A DNA stretch of 64,000 nucleotides, taken from contig OY969724.1 in NCBI GenBank assembly GCA_963702205.1, positions 1,824,001 through 1,888,000 of the forward strand, given 5' to 3'. Shown one piece after another: positions 1 to 9,604 of this stretch (position 1 is the first letter of the stretch; each line of letters opens with the position of its first letter). The notes beneath the pieces were generated by a model. That model saw only the letters and a program-made list of their open reading frames with translations. It was not told the DNA's origin and did no database searches. Position numbers and translations under genes: made by a program. The DNA comes from an uncultured candidate division Zixibacteria bacterium. GTDB taxonomy: Bacteria > Zixibacteria > MSB-5A5 > GN15 > PGXB01.

Positions 1-660
1 GGCCAGCCGAACGTCCTCAGCGAACCCGATCTCGGCCAAAAGGCGCCCGTGTTCGCCCCCGGATATAGCCCGGTTCAAATCGTCCCGGTTGTTTTCATAC
101 AACATCAATGCCAGTCCGGCGGCGTCGTTCAAACTGACTCCGCGACCTTTCTCGTGGATCAGCTTATGGATCAACATGCCGCCGCAAAGGGCGTCTTCAA
201 TTGAAAAATCACCGTCGTTCCCGGCGCACAGGATGGAGGTGTCGATATCGGTGTGCGCTACGAAATCGGTGACGGCCGAAATATTCACGAAGGCTCCGGT
301 AAGGCTGTACGACGACGACACCGACGCCTTATAACTGCGGGTGCCGTTAGTTGTCGTCATAATGATCGTCTTGCCCTTGATAATATCTTCGTTAAATTCG
401 AGGGGCGAATTGCCCAGATCGAAATTCTCGATTTTGAGGCCGCCCCGCTCTCCGGCCAGGAGGGCATCATCGTGGCCTATTTTCTGCCGCATTTCGGCCG
501 CTTCGTCCGATTCTTCCACCGGTATCACCGCCCGCGCTCCTTCCTTGAGCGCCTTGCAGATCGAGGTCGATGCCCGGAGGACGTCGATATTGACCACGAC
601 CCGGTTTTCGAATCTCCGCTCTTTGTGCTTCCCCGGTATGATATATAAATCGATATTCAT
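1..660 (-). CDS. comB: 2-phosphosulfolactate phosphatase family protein (ComB-like), runs off the left edge
   Basis: Not in the ORF track. Manual translation from ATG at 660: [10 protein letters not shown]...IDVLRASTSI...LLAGERGGLKIENFDLGNSP...MTTTNGT...ILCAGNDGDFSIEDALCGG, typical ComB motifs. Start overlaps the gcvT stop (TAATG). Confidence 0.85.
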   Translation of the reverse strand, partial: MNIDLYIIPGKHKERRFENRVVVNIDVLRASTSICKALKEGARAVIPVEESDEAAEMRQKIGHDDALLAGERGGLKIENFDLGNSPLEFNEDIIKGKTIIMTTTNGTRSYKASVSSSYSLTGAFVNISAVTDFVAHTDIDTSILCAGNDGDFSIEDALCGGMLIHKLIHEKGRGVSLNDAAGLALMLYENNRDDLNRAISGGEHGRLLAEIGFAEDVRLA

Positions 661-1766
661 TACCTGTGCGATCCCTCTTTGTAAAAAGGCGGTTTGACAA
701 CGACGGCTCCGAACAGCTTGTCGCGTATTTTCAGTTCGACCCGGTTGCCGACATTGGTCAGCTCTCGTTTGAGATAACCCATCGCGATCGGTTTGCTCAA
801 CGACGGCGAAACCGTGCCGGACGTCACCTGTCCGACCACTTCACCCTCATGGATTAACTCGTAGCCGTGACGGGGGAAAGCCCGGCCGTCGATTTCAAGA
901 CAGATCAGGCGCCGCGACGGTTTCTCTTCTTTTTGTTTGACAAGCACGTCCCGCCCGATAAAATCGCCTTTGTCGAGCTTGACTATCCACGCCAGTGAGG
1001 CCTCGATGGGAGTCGTGGTTTGATCTATATCGTTGCCGTACAGGGTCATTTTCATTTCCAACCTTAGCGAATCACGGGCCCCCAGACCGATAAACTTCAT
1101 GTCGCGCTTATTCCCGGCGGTAACGGTTTTGGCCCACAAATCGGCGCACTGCTCGTTGGGGATGTACATCTCGAACCCGTCCTCACCGGTATAACCGGTT
1201 CGTGATACCAGCACGTCGTGCCCGCCGATTTCAATTGTCGCGACATTATAGTACGGCAGCGCTTCGAAATCGTACGGTGACATCTCCGATATCACCGTCT
1301 GCGCATTCGGGCCTTGTATCGCGAGAAGGCCGTAATCGTCCGACCTATTGACCATCTCGACGCTATCGGGCTTGTGCGATACCAACCAGTCCCAGTCTTT
1401 CTGCAAGTTGGCGGCGTTGACTACCAGCATGTACTTGTCGGGCAGGCGATAGACCAGAAGGTCGTCGACAATCCCGCCGTTTTCATAGCACATGCACGAG
1501 TACTGAATCTGTCCGGGATTGAGTGCGGAAACGTCGTTGGTAGTCATCTTCTGAAGGAAATCCAGCGCGCCGGGTCCCGAGACGAAAAATTCACCCATGT
1601 GTGACAGGTCGAAAAGCCCGACGTTCTTGCGCACGGCCAGATGTTCTTCGGTTATACCGGTGTACTGGATAGGCATCATGTACCCGGCGAAGGGGACCAT
1701 TTTGGCCCCCAACCCCAGATGATATTCATAAAACGGGGTAAGCTTTACCTCCGATGCGGTTTCCAT
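660..1766 (-). CDS. gcvT: Glycine cleavage system aminomethyltransferase T
   Basis: [46 protein letters not shown] motifs. Confidence 0.97.
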   Translation of the reverse strand: METASEVKLTPFYEYHLGLGAKMVPFAGYMMPIQYTGITEEHLAVRKNVGLFDLSHMGEFFVSGPGALDFLQKMTTNDVSALNPGQIQYSCMCYENGGIVDDLLVYRLPDKYMLVVNAANLQKDWDWLVSHKPDSVEMVNRSDDYGLLAIQGPNAQTVISEMSPYDFEALPYYNVATIEIGGHDVLVSRTGYTGEDGFEMYIPNEQCADLWAKTVTAGNKRDMKFIGLGARDSLRLEMKMTLYGNDIDQTTTPIEASLAWIVKLDKGDFIGRDVLVKQKEEKPSRRLICLEIDGRAFPRHGYELIHEGEVVGQVTSGTVSPSLSKPIAMGYLKRELTNVGNRVELKIRDKLFGAVVVKPPFYKEGSHR

Positions 1767-1769
1767 CGT

Positions 1770-3701
1770 TTATTTGCCCCCCGACTTGGTGAAGTTCAGC
1801 AGGCCGCCCGCCAGAATGATCTTGCGGTGCCGTTCGGCCAGATGATCGATTTTCATGGTGTACGTCTGGTTTTTGGTTTTGTTAACCAGAGTCAGGGTGG
1901 GACTGTCGGCCACCTCTTTCTTGGCGTTGGGCATTTCGAGAACGTCGGTCTGGTCGATCTTGTCGTAATCTGCGGGGTCGGCAAAGACGGCCGGGACGAT
2001 TCCGAAATTGATCAGATTGGCCAGATGTATTCTCGCGAAGCCTTTAACCGCGACCATCTTGATCCCGAGATACATCGGAGCCAGAGCGGCGTGCTCGCGC
2101 GAGGAGCCCTGACCATAGTTGTCGCCGCCGACAATAAAGCCGCCGCCTTTATCTTTGGCGCGCTTCGCGAAATCAGGATCGACCTGATAGTACACGAACT
2201 CGGCGATTTTGGGGATGTTCGATCGCAGGGGAAGAACCTTAGCACCGGCGGGCATGATATGGTCGGTCGTGATATTGTCGCCGACTTTGAGCAGAACCTC
2301 GCCCTCGATTTTCTCTGCCAGAGGTTTGTTGATCGGCAGCGGCGCAATATTCGGTCCGCGCTTGACTTCGACCTTGGCCGGGGTTTTCGACGGGGCAATG
2401 ATACCGGAATCGTCGATTTTGATCGACTTGGGCATCGTGATCCGGGGGTATTTGCCCAGCTTGCGCGGGTCGGTGATGCTGCCGGTCAAAGCCGCGGCAA
2501 CACAGGTCTCGACGCTGGCCAGATAGACGTTGGCATCTTTGGTGCCCGAACGACCGGGGAAGTTGCGGTTGAACGAACGGACCGAAACACCACCCGAATT
2601 GGGAGCCTGGCCCATGCCGATGCACGGACCGCAGGCGCTTTCGATAACCCGCGCGCCTGAGGCGATTATATCGGTCAGAGCGCCGTTGCCGGCGATGGCT
2701 TCGAAGACCTGCTTCGATCCGGGGGTGACCGTCATTGAGACGCTCGGCGAGACTTTCTTGCCCTTCATCAGACGGGCCGTCGCCATGAGATCATTGTACG
2801 ATGAATTGGTACAGCTGCCGACACAAACCTGGTCGACTTTCATATTTTTTAACTTTTTGACCGCGATAACATTGTCGGGCGAGTGAGGCTGAGCGACCAG
2901 CGGTTCGAGCTTGTCGAGGTTTATTTTGACGACGCGCACGTATTCGGCGTCGGGGTCGGCTTCCAGCTTGCGCCAGACGTTGGCGCGCTTCTGAAGCTTC
3001 AAAAAGTCGCGGGTTTTTTCATCCGACGGAAACACCGACGTCGTCGCGCCTAATTCGGCGCCCATATTGGTGATCGTCGCGCGCTGCGGGACCGTCAGCG
3101 TCTTGACACCGGGACCGCCATATTCAATGACGTTTCCTACGCCGCCTTTGACGGACAGGATGCGCAGGACTTCGAGAATGATATCTTTAGCGGTTACGAA
3201 CGGTTTCAGCGAGCCGGTCAAATGCACGTTTATCACGTTCGGCATTTTCATATAGAACGGGCCGCCGCCCATCGCGCAGGCGACGTCGAGCCCGCCCGCA
3301 CCGATCGCGATCATCCCGAGACCGCCGCCGGTCGGGGTGTGCGAGTCGGAGCCGAGAAGCGTTTTGCCCGGGGCGCCGAAGCGCTCGAGATGCACCTGAT
3401 GGCAAATGCCGTTGCCGGGGCGCGAGAAGTATATACCGTATTTTGAGGCCACCGACTGCAGGTACTGGTGATCGTCGGCGTTTTCAAACGATGCCTGCAG
3501 CATGTTGTGGTCGACGTAGGAGACCGAAAGCTCGGTCTTGACCTTCTTGAGACCCAACGCCTCGAACTGAAGGTACGCCATCGTCCCGGTGGCGTCCTGC
3601 GTCAGGGTCTGGTCGATTTTAATGGCTATATCTCCGCCGGGTTTCATGTTCCCGGTGACAAGATGCTCGGAAATGATTTTTTCGGCTAAATTCAGTCCCA
3701 T
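1770..3701 (-). CDS. Aconitate hydratase (short ~640 aa, Aquifex-like type)
   Basis: QDATGTMA, DHN, GICHQ, GSDSHT, GSCTN, CGPCIG, TTDHI, GQGSSREHAA. Confidence 0.93.
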   Translation of the reverse strand: MGLNLAEKIISEHLVTGNMKPGGDIAIKIDQTLTQDATGTMAYLQFEALGLKKVKTELSVSYVDHNMLQASFENADDHQYLQSVASKYGIYFSRPGNGICHQVHLERFGAPGKTLLGSDSHTPTGGGLGMIAIGAGGLDVACAMGGGPFYMKMPNVINVHLTGSLKPFVTAKDIILEVLRILSVKGGVGNVIEYGGPGVKTLTVPQRATITNMGAELGATTSVFPSDEKTRDFLKLQKRANVWRKLEADPDAEYVRVVKINLDKLEPLVAQPHSPDNVIAVKKLKNMKVDQVCVGSCTNSSYNDLMATARLMKGKKVSPSVSMTVTPGSKQVFEAIAGNGALTDIIASGARVIESACGPCIGMGQAPNSGGVSVRSFNRNFPGRSGTKDANVYLASVETCVAAALTGSITDPRKLGKYPRITMPKSIKIDDSGIIAPSKTPAKVEVKRGPNIAPLPINKPLAEKIEGEVLLKVGDNITTDHIMPAGAKVLPLRSNIPKIAEFVYYQVDPDFAKRAKDKGGGFIVGGDNYGQGSSREHAALAPMYLGIKMVAVKGFARIHLANLINFGIVPAVFADPADYDKIDQTDVLEMPNAKKEVADSPTLTLVNKTKNQTYTMKIDHLAERHRKIILAGGLLNFTKSGGK

Positions 3702-3911
3702 GATAAACTCCTATATGTCAAAAATCCCGTATCTTACAGAATCTATCAAAAAACCCCAAAACCTCCCAATTGTCAATGGATTATTTATACGCACGGAAGA
3801 GGGACAAATCCGAAGTCCAAGTCGCATTTTGATGAGATTTTAAAAAAAACGGGGCAATTGGCTTATATTTTCGTCTAATAAAGAACCGATCAAATACAGG
3901 GAGATTTCAAT

Positions 3912-4262
3912 ATGGGATTCGTGGACTTGAAAAATATGCCGGAACTGACCATCGCCGAGGGCATCACAGGACGAGCCGTGACGGCCGACACGCTGACCGT
4001 CATGCACGTCGTCCTCAAAGCCGGGGCGATCATCCCCGAGCATTCGCACTATCACGAACAGGTGGTCAACGTCATCGAGGGCGAGATGGAACTCGTGGTC
4101 GACGGCCAGCCGCACCGTCTGGTTCCCGGCAACGCGATGGTTCTGGCACCCAACGTGGTACATTCCGGCAAAGTGATTTCGGAGTGTAAGGTGGTCGACG
4201 TCTTTCATCCGGTACGCAAAGATTTCGCCGGCTCGGACTTTGGCGGCTATCCGCAAGAATAG
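3912..4262 (+). CDS. Cupin domain protein
   Basis: PEHSHYHEQ...GEMEL...PNVVHSG...DVFHPVR cupin motifs; GGAG RBS upstream. Confidence 0.88.
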   Translation: MGFVDLKNMPELTIAEGITGRAVTADTLTVMHVVLKAGAIIPEHSHYHEQVVNVIEGEMELVVDGQPHRLVPGNAMVLAPNVVHSGKVISECKVVDVFHPVRKDFAGSDFGGYPQE

Positions 4263-4273
4263 CAGCTCAGATA

Positions 4274-5170
4274 GTAAGGCAGGAGTGACTTACTAAAAAT
4301 GCATTTAAAAGACGTCATGCCCCCCCTTCACTTCGTTCACTTCACATGCTCAGCGCAGGCAGGACCTTCGGCAAGTGGCATGACCTACAAATGCTCTATC
4401 AATGTCATCCCGGGCTAGACTTATGTCATCCCCGAACCTCCTCGCAATGTCATCCCGGGCATGACTTATATCATCCCCGAACCCCCTCACAATGTCATCC
4501 CGGGCTTGACCCGGGATACAGTGTTTCTCTTCAATGTCATTCCCGACCTGATCGGGAATCCATCTTTCTTCCGTTTCGGGACGACCCACCGTACAAAGCT
4601 CCCATCGTGTGGCCCCTCCAAATTTATTTGGAGGGGTCTTACGTAAAAAACCTCCACTCCAAACAAGTTTGGAGTGGCCACCCAATCATACGTTGTGATC
4701 GGCGGGTCCTCAGACCCGCCGCCAACCCGGTCGATATGAGGATCAACCCTTCAGAGTTCAGGCCAGGCCGGGCACAATGCTCGGGCGCAATGGCATGTGG
4801 CCTCGACAATTTCACTACCAACCTTGTATTTTGCCCCTGATTTTCACGCCGTTTTCGACCCGTTTTGGCACAGATAATCCAATGCGACGGTATGCCTTAT
4901 AAAAAATTGGCTTTGGTCGTACCATTTTTTTATTTCTGTCCCCGCTCCACGACAAAATATGGGTGCCGGGGTGCCCCGCCGTCCGAAGGTCCCGAATTTT
5001 TATGCGGGATTGCGGTGGGTTCTTATAAGTGGGCGGCAGATGTCCACAGGCCTCCTGATCTTTTGAAGGATGTGCCGCGCACAACACCGAATATGGATGA
5101 CACTTTTTAAACATACCTATAGGCCTCTATAATACCCCGACGTACGAATTCAACATTGAGTTGGAGGGGA
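4274..5170. repeat. Cluster of REP-like palindromic elements of several families
   Basis: GTCATGCC..GGCATGACCTAC (4314-4388), GTCATCCCGGGCTTGACCCGGGAT (4494-4517), ATTCCCGACCTGATCGGGAAT, CCCCTCCAAATTTATTTGGAGGGG, CCACTCCAAACAAGTTTGGAGTGG, GGCGGGTCCTCAGACCCGCC. Confidence 0.8.
4401..4517 (+). repeat. 45-bp tandem repeat (2 full copies plus a partial third)
   Basis: AATGTCATCCCGGGC(TA/AT/TT)GAC starts at 4401, 4446 and 4491. Confidence 0.85.
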
Positions 5171-5277
5171 TTTAAATATTCCCAAATGATAAAAACTGAT
5201 TTATATTTTATTATGATTTCAATATAATTTGTTCTTGTTTTTCTTGGATATTGGGGTGTGGAATTATAAATATTATT

Positions 5278-6498
5278 ATGGTGAATAAATCAAAGATTAT
5301 AGAAAAGCTCGATTGGGGCAAAATCGTTTCTGCAAAATCTGATAATAGGACGCCACCCTACTCTTGGTACTCGTTCAAACATCGCTTTGGTAGTGAGTTC
5401 GTATCTAGAGTATATTCGATGTTTCGATTAAGAGCTGGGGATACTGTTTTTGACCCGTATTGTGGTGGAGGCACCACTTTAATTAAGGCAAAAATGAATG
5501 GCATTAATGCAATTGGTCTTGATATTTCCCCCTTTTCTGTCTTTTTGACAAACGTATTAACACGAGCGTTCAAACCCGATAGACTTAAATTACAGCTAGA
5601 TTTGCTTGCCCACGAAATTGATAATAATGTATATATCCCAGATGTAGGTATACTAAAGAAATCCTTTTCAAATAAAACCCTTAAGTATATTTATTCACTA
5701 AAAACAGAAATTAATACGCTCAAATCTCGAGACCGCGATTTTTTCATATTTTCTTTGCTTTGCATATTGGATGAAGTAAGCAAGGCGAAAAAATCAGGCG
5801 GATTTTTAAGAATCACTGACCAAAGAATGACAACGTGGTCAAATGTGAAAAAAGAATTTGTACTGCGATGCCGTAAATTCACAGATGAAATGAGAAATTA
5901 TAAATATACCACTGCCAATTCAAAAGCATATATAGGAGATTCCCGGAATTATCCGAAACACATAAAAGGCCAATCTTTTGATGCCATATTAACGTCACCA
6001 CCATATCCAAACAGACATGATTATACCCGCATCTACGAGTTGGAGCTTTTGGTTGGTTTCTTAAAAGATAATGATTCCTTAAAAAAGCTGCGTTATTCCA
6101 CATTAAGGTCACACGTTGAAGCAAGACAATTATTTACAGCAAAGGGATATTCACCTCCTGTATTGCTAAAACAAAAATTAAAACTCCTTGGCAATTTGCA
6201 ATTGAATAATCCTAAGATCGTTGATACACTTATAGGATATTTCGAAGACATGTTCCTTTCGCTTAGAGAGATGCATAGAGTATTGAAACCTGGCAGATAT
6301 ATTGGATTGGTTGTCAGCAACGTCCGGTTTTCGGGGGTTATGATACCCGTGGATGAACTGCTGGCTGAAGTTGGTGAAAGTGTTGGTTTGAAATTGAAAC
6401 AGATTTATATTTTGAGATATAGAGGCAATAGTCCTCAACAAATGTCACAATTCAAACGAGAACCCTGTAGAGAAAGTCTTGTAGTCTGGACAAAATGA
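5278..6498 (+). CDS. Amino-DNA methyltransferase (probably m4C, motif I before motif IV)
   Basis: VFDPYCGGGTT SAM-binding motif near the N-terminus, catalytic TSPPY later, RVLKPG. AT-rich. ATG 5278 preferred over TTG 5251. Confidence 0.9.
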   Translation: MVNKSKIIEKLDWGKIVSAKSDNRTPPYSWYSFKHRFGSEFVSRVYSMFRLRAGDTVFDPYCGGGTTLIKAKMNGINAIGLDISPFSVFLTNVLTRAFKPDRLKLQLDLLAHEIDNNVYIPDVGILKKSFSNKTLKYIYSLKTEINTLKSRDRDFFIFSLLCILDEVSKAKKSGGFLRITDQRMTTWSNVKKEFVLRCRKFTDEMRNYKYTTANSKAYIGDSRNYPKHIKGQSFDAILTSPPYPNRHDYTRIYELELLVGFLKDNDSLKKLRYSTLRSHVEARQLFTAKGYSPPVLLKQKLKLLGNLQLNNPKIVDTLIGYFEDMFLSLREMHRVLKPGRYIGLVVSNVRFSGVMIPVDELLAEVGESVGLKLKQIYILRYRGNSPQQMSQFKREPCRESLVVWTK

Positions 6499-7592
6499 GC
6501 AAAAAGGCGCGGAAAAAAATCGTTTATTTGTTTGGCGCTGGTGCAACACAAGGTGAAGTAAGTCTTAGAAATAATGCAGTTCGAATCACCATGGATGATA
6601 TTAGAGAAGGGATTCGGAAAAAGGCATCCGGTGATAACAAAATTAACAAAGTCTGCCCTCGCCTTATAAACGAATTATCTATCCAACAACTAGATATAGA
6701 GCATTTGATCACCCTATATGAAGCAAGCAGTAGCAATAATCATACTAAAATTGCCAAATATCTTAAGGAATCATTTAAAACCGAAATCCAAGAGAAATTG
6801 GCGCTTTTAGGCAAGGATTTTGAACCAATTTTGTATCCAGCTCTTTTAGATATGCATAATATAGATGGGTTAAATGAAGATATCAATGGCATAATCACGA
6901 TAAATTACGAAGACCTTCTTGATAGAAGTGTAAACAAAATACTTAACGGTATTAGCTATTTTATAAAGATTAGTGGCAATAAGAAATATTTAAAAATCGA
7001 CGAAAAGGCAGAATATCCGATTCTGAAATTACACGGATCATTCAATTGGCAAAAATCTTACCCAATTGCATTAGTAAATAAAGGAAAATCGAAAAATGGC
7101 GAAAATGTTATTTGGGCACCGCCAGGAGTTTTTAAAAAGACCGAAAAATATCCTTTCAGTATTCTTTGGGGCAGGGCAATGGAAATTTTGGATTGCGATG
7201 TTTTGCGCATTATAGGATGCTCATTAAACCGGAATGACTGGCAATTGATCTCGCTGATCTATTCTACTCAAATGTTAAATAAAAACGAAACGAGTTATGA
7301 CATTGAACTCATTGATAAACCTAGTGCGTGTGATTCAATAGCCGATAAATATACATATTTAAAATTTCGCAAAATCTATGAAATTTCAGAAGTAAAAAGT
7401 TATATAAATGGTGAAATTGGCGGCAAAAATGGGGATATATCAATCAGCACAATAATAGAAGCATTAAACACTCCTGATAGAAATATATTTGATACTTGGC
7501 TTAAATCAAAGGGCGAATATTTAATTGCAAATTCAATAAAACTTGATACGCCGAGGGGATTCTTCAATAATTATATTAGGGAAAGAGGATAA
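6495..7592 (+). CDS. SIR2-like (SIR2_2-type) domain protein
   Basis: YLFGAGA, ITINYEDLL, ILKLHGS, IIGCSL in the SIR2-like order; ATGA overlap with the MTase stop. Confidence 0.8.
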   Translation: MSKKARKKIVYLFGAGATQGEVSLRNNAVRITMDDIREGIRKKASGDNKINKVCPRLINELSIQQLDIEHLITLYEASSSNNHTKIAKYLKESFKTEIQEKLALLGKDFEPILYPALLDMHNIDGLNEDINGIITINYEDLLDRSVNKILNGISYFIKISGNKKYLKIDEKAEYPILKLHGSFNWQKSYPIALVNKGKSKNGENVIWAPPGVFKKTEKYPFSILWGRAMEILDCDVLRIIGCSLNRNDWQLISLIYSTQMLNKNETSYDIELIDKPSACDSIADKYTYLKFRKIYEISEVKSYINGEIGGKNGDISISTIIEALNTPDRNIFDTWLKSKGEYLIANSIKLDTPRGFFNNYIRERG

Positions 7593-7594
7593 AT

Positions 7595-8737
7595 ATGAAT
7601 ACTAAACATTTGATTTGGAAAATAAGTGATTTAAGAGAAAATGTAACAAAAATAGAATTTCCAGAATTTCAACGAGAACCTACTGTATGGAGACTTGATA
7701 AAAAAGAAAGGTTAATTGATTCGATACTCCGTGAGTTTGATATTTCTTCAATTTACTTCCACAAAAGAAAAGATGGGGCCTTTGATTGCATTGATGGAAG
7801 ACAAAGGATAAATGCCATTTATTCATATATAGGCATAAATGGTTCGGATCCGGATCACAACAATTTTAACCTCAGGATGCAAAACGAAATCTATGACGAT
7901 CTTGAGATTTTTAAAGAAGTAGATGGAAAAAGATATGAAAGATTGCCTGAGGATTGGAAAGCCAAGTTCGATAATTATAAATTGAACATTGTTCTGGTTT
8001 CCGATTTAAGGGAAGATGAAGAAATGAACCTTCTTTTCTTGCGGCTCCAAATAGCATCTGTTTTAAATGCTGGTGAAAAATTACACGCTATGACGGGTGA
8101 AATGAGAGATTTCATTTTTGATGATCTTGTCAAATCAGAATTTTTTAATAAAATAGCTATACCTGAACGCAGGTTTGCTAGACAACAAGTTGCAGCACAA
8201 ATAGTTTTAAATGTTTTTGGCAGAAAATTGGAGGGTACATTTAAGAGGTCGCGTTTTACGGATTTGCAGGAATTCCTTAAACAATATAGCGAATTTTCTA
8301 TAGACGATAAAATGATTATAAAAGAAATAAAAGAGAATGTTGATATTATAAACAAGAATTTCAATCGAAATTTGAAGTTTATTAAAAATAGAGCTTTAAC
8401 AGTATCTGTTTACCTTTTTGCAAGCGATCTTATTAAAGTAAATAAAGAAAGCGAGATAAGCATATTTGCAGATTTTTTCAAGAAGTTTTTAAGAACATTA
8501 AAGTGGCAAATTCCCTTAGGCCCCAAAATTGATCCTGCCTATTATGATATTTTAAGTTTCCAGACAAATATATCACAGGCGGCGGGTGAAAGAGGAGCGA
8601 TAGAAAAAAGACATAGCTCCTTACACGACTATTATAATTATTACAAGGAAAATAATGGGAAGATTAAAGGCGATGTTGAATATAAAAAAAATACAAGGCT
8701 GGAACCGGAAACGCAAAGAGCAAAAATTCGCATTTAA
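7595..8737 (+). CDS. DUF262 (ParB/GmrS-like) domain protein
   Basis: PEFQREPTVW...LIDSIL...CIDGRQRI...LFLRLQ...LNAGEK; no HNH/DUF1524 motif visible at the C-terminus. Confidence 0.85.
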   Translation: MNTKHLIWKISDLRENVTKIEFPEFQREPTVWRLDKKERLIDSILREFDISSIYFHKRKDGAFDCIDGRQRINAIYSYIGINGSDPDHNNFNLRMQNEIYDDLEIFKEVDGKRYERLPEDWKAKFDNYKLNIVLVSDLREDEEMNLLFLRLQIASVLNAGEKLHAMTGEMRDFIFDDLVKSEFFNKIAIPERRFARQQVAAQIVLNVFGRKLEGTFKRSRFTDLQEFLKQYSEFSIDDKMIIKEIKENVDIINKNFNRNLKFIKNRALTVSVYLFASDLIKVNKESEISIFADFFKKFLRTLKWQIPLGPKIDPAYYDILSFQTNISQAAGERGAIEKRHSSLHDYYNYYKENNGKIKGDVEYKKNTRLEPETQRAKIRI

Positions 8738-8809
8738 TCTTTGATACTCATTTTCCCCACCAACCCATAGGTAAATCACGACGCACCCCTTTATAAAAGG
8801 AGTGTCATT

Positions 8810-8896
8810 ATGTCTGCATCAGAAAAACAAATCATAGCCTGCCGTAAGAATGCCCAAAGCCAATACAAACGATGGCTATTGGGAGAGGCGAAATGA
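8810..8896 (+). pseudogene. Short ORF or gene remnant (MSASEKQIIACRKNAQS...)
   Basis: AAGGAG RBS plus ATG; 28 codons; resembles the N-terminus of hypothetical proteins of the SEKQIAANRxNAxKSTGP type (recalled, not searched). Confidence 0.4.
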
Positions 8897-8995
8897 GTTT
8901 TCAAATTCGAACCCATTTTGTTGTAACTGCAATGAACATAAGCTGTTGTGATGAATGATGGATAAGCGAGGTCATGTATAATATTTAACTGCTCC

Positions 8996-9502
8996 TCAAT
9001 ACTCCTCATCCAGTATCGACATGACGTGCAAAGAGAAGTACTTATCGCCGACTTTCATTGATTTGCGATGGGTGCCCTCGAAGATGAACCCCTCGGTTTC
9101 GTACAGCTTGCGCGCCCGGTCGTTGTACTCGATCACCTCCAGCCACAGACGATGCACCCCGGCGTTTTCGAACGCGAATTTCTTGATCAACTGTACGGCG
9201 TCGCGGCCAAAGCCCATACCCTTGTCTTTGATGGCGATGCGTTTGAACTCCAGATTGCGGTCGGCGTCTTTGAGACCGATTAAAATGACAATCCCGACGA
9301 CGGTTTTAGTGTCGACCGTCTCCACCATCACCTGCGCGATATTGTCGTCGTCGATGGCGGCCATATGTTTCTCGCGGTTCCAGAGCCGGATATAGGGCGA
9401 GTTTTCGATATCGTTTTCCATCTCCATGATAAGCTCGATATCGTCCTCGGTCGACGGCCTGAAACCGATTCGGTTGTTTTGTACGATGTATCCTTCGGTC
9501 AT
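8996..9502 (-). CDS. GNAT acetyltransferase, RimJ/RimL family
   Basis: KGMGFGR, VHRLWLEVIEYNDRARKLYETEGFIFEG. Confidence 0.9.
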   Translation of the reverse strand: MTEGYIVQNNRIGFRPSTEDDIELIMEMENDIENSPYIRLWNREKHMAAIDDDNIAQVMVETVDTKTVVGIVILIGLKDADRNLEFKRIAIKDKGMGFGRDAVQLIKKFAFENAGVHRLWLEVIEYNDRARKLYETEGFIFEGTHRKSMKVGDKYFSLHVMSILDEEY

Positions 9503-9604
9503 AATTTGCCCCAAATGTCGATTTCTTTCAATTTAATAAATCAGGCCGACAATTTCCACTTGCTTTTTTGTGGGAATTGCTATATTGCCGGTCGGCTTTT
9601 GATT

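Noticed and set aside
4401..4560. Possible CRISPR array
   Set aside because: The intervening sequences are near-identical rather than unique spacers, there are only about 3 units, and no cas genes are present.
4346..5114. ORFs with CHPG/VIPG repeats (4346-4840, 4350-4685 and others)
   Set aside because: They are translations of palindromic DNA repeats in several frames, with no RBS or domain support.
9365..9604. 80-aa N-terminal extension of IspE in the ORF track
   Set aside because: It overlaps the divergent GNAT gene and promoter region; family similarity starts at ATG 9605.
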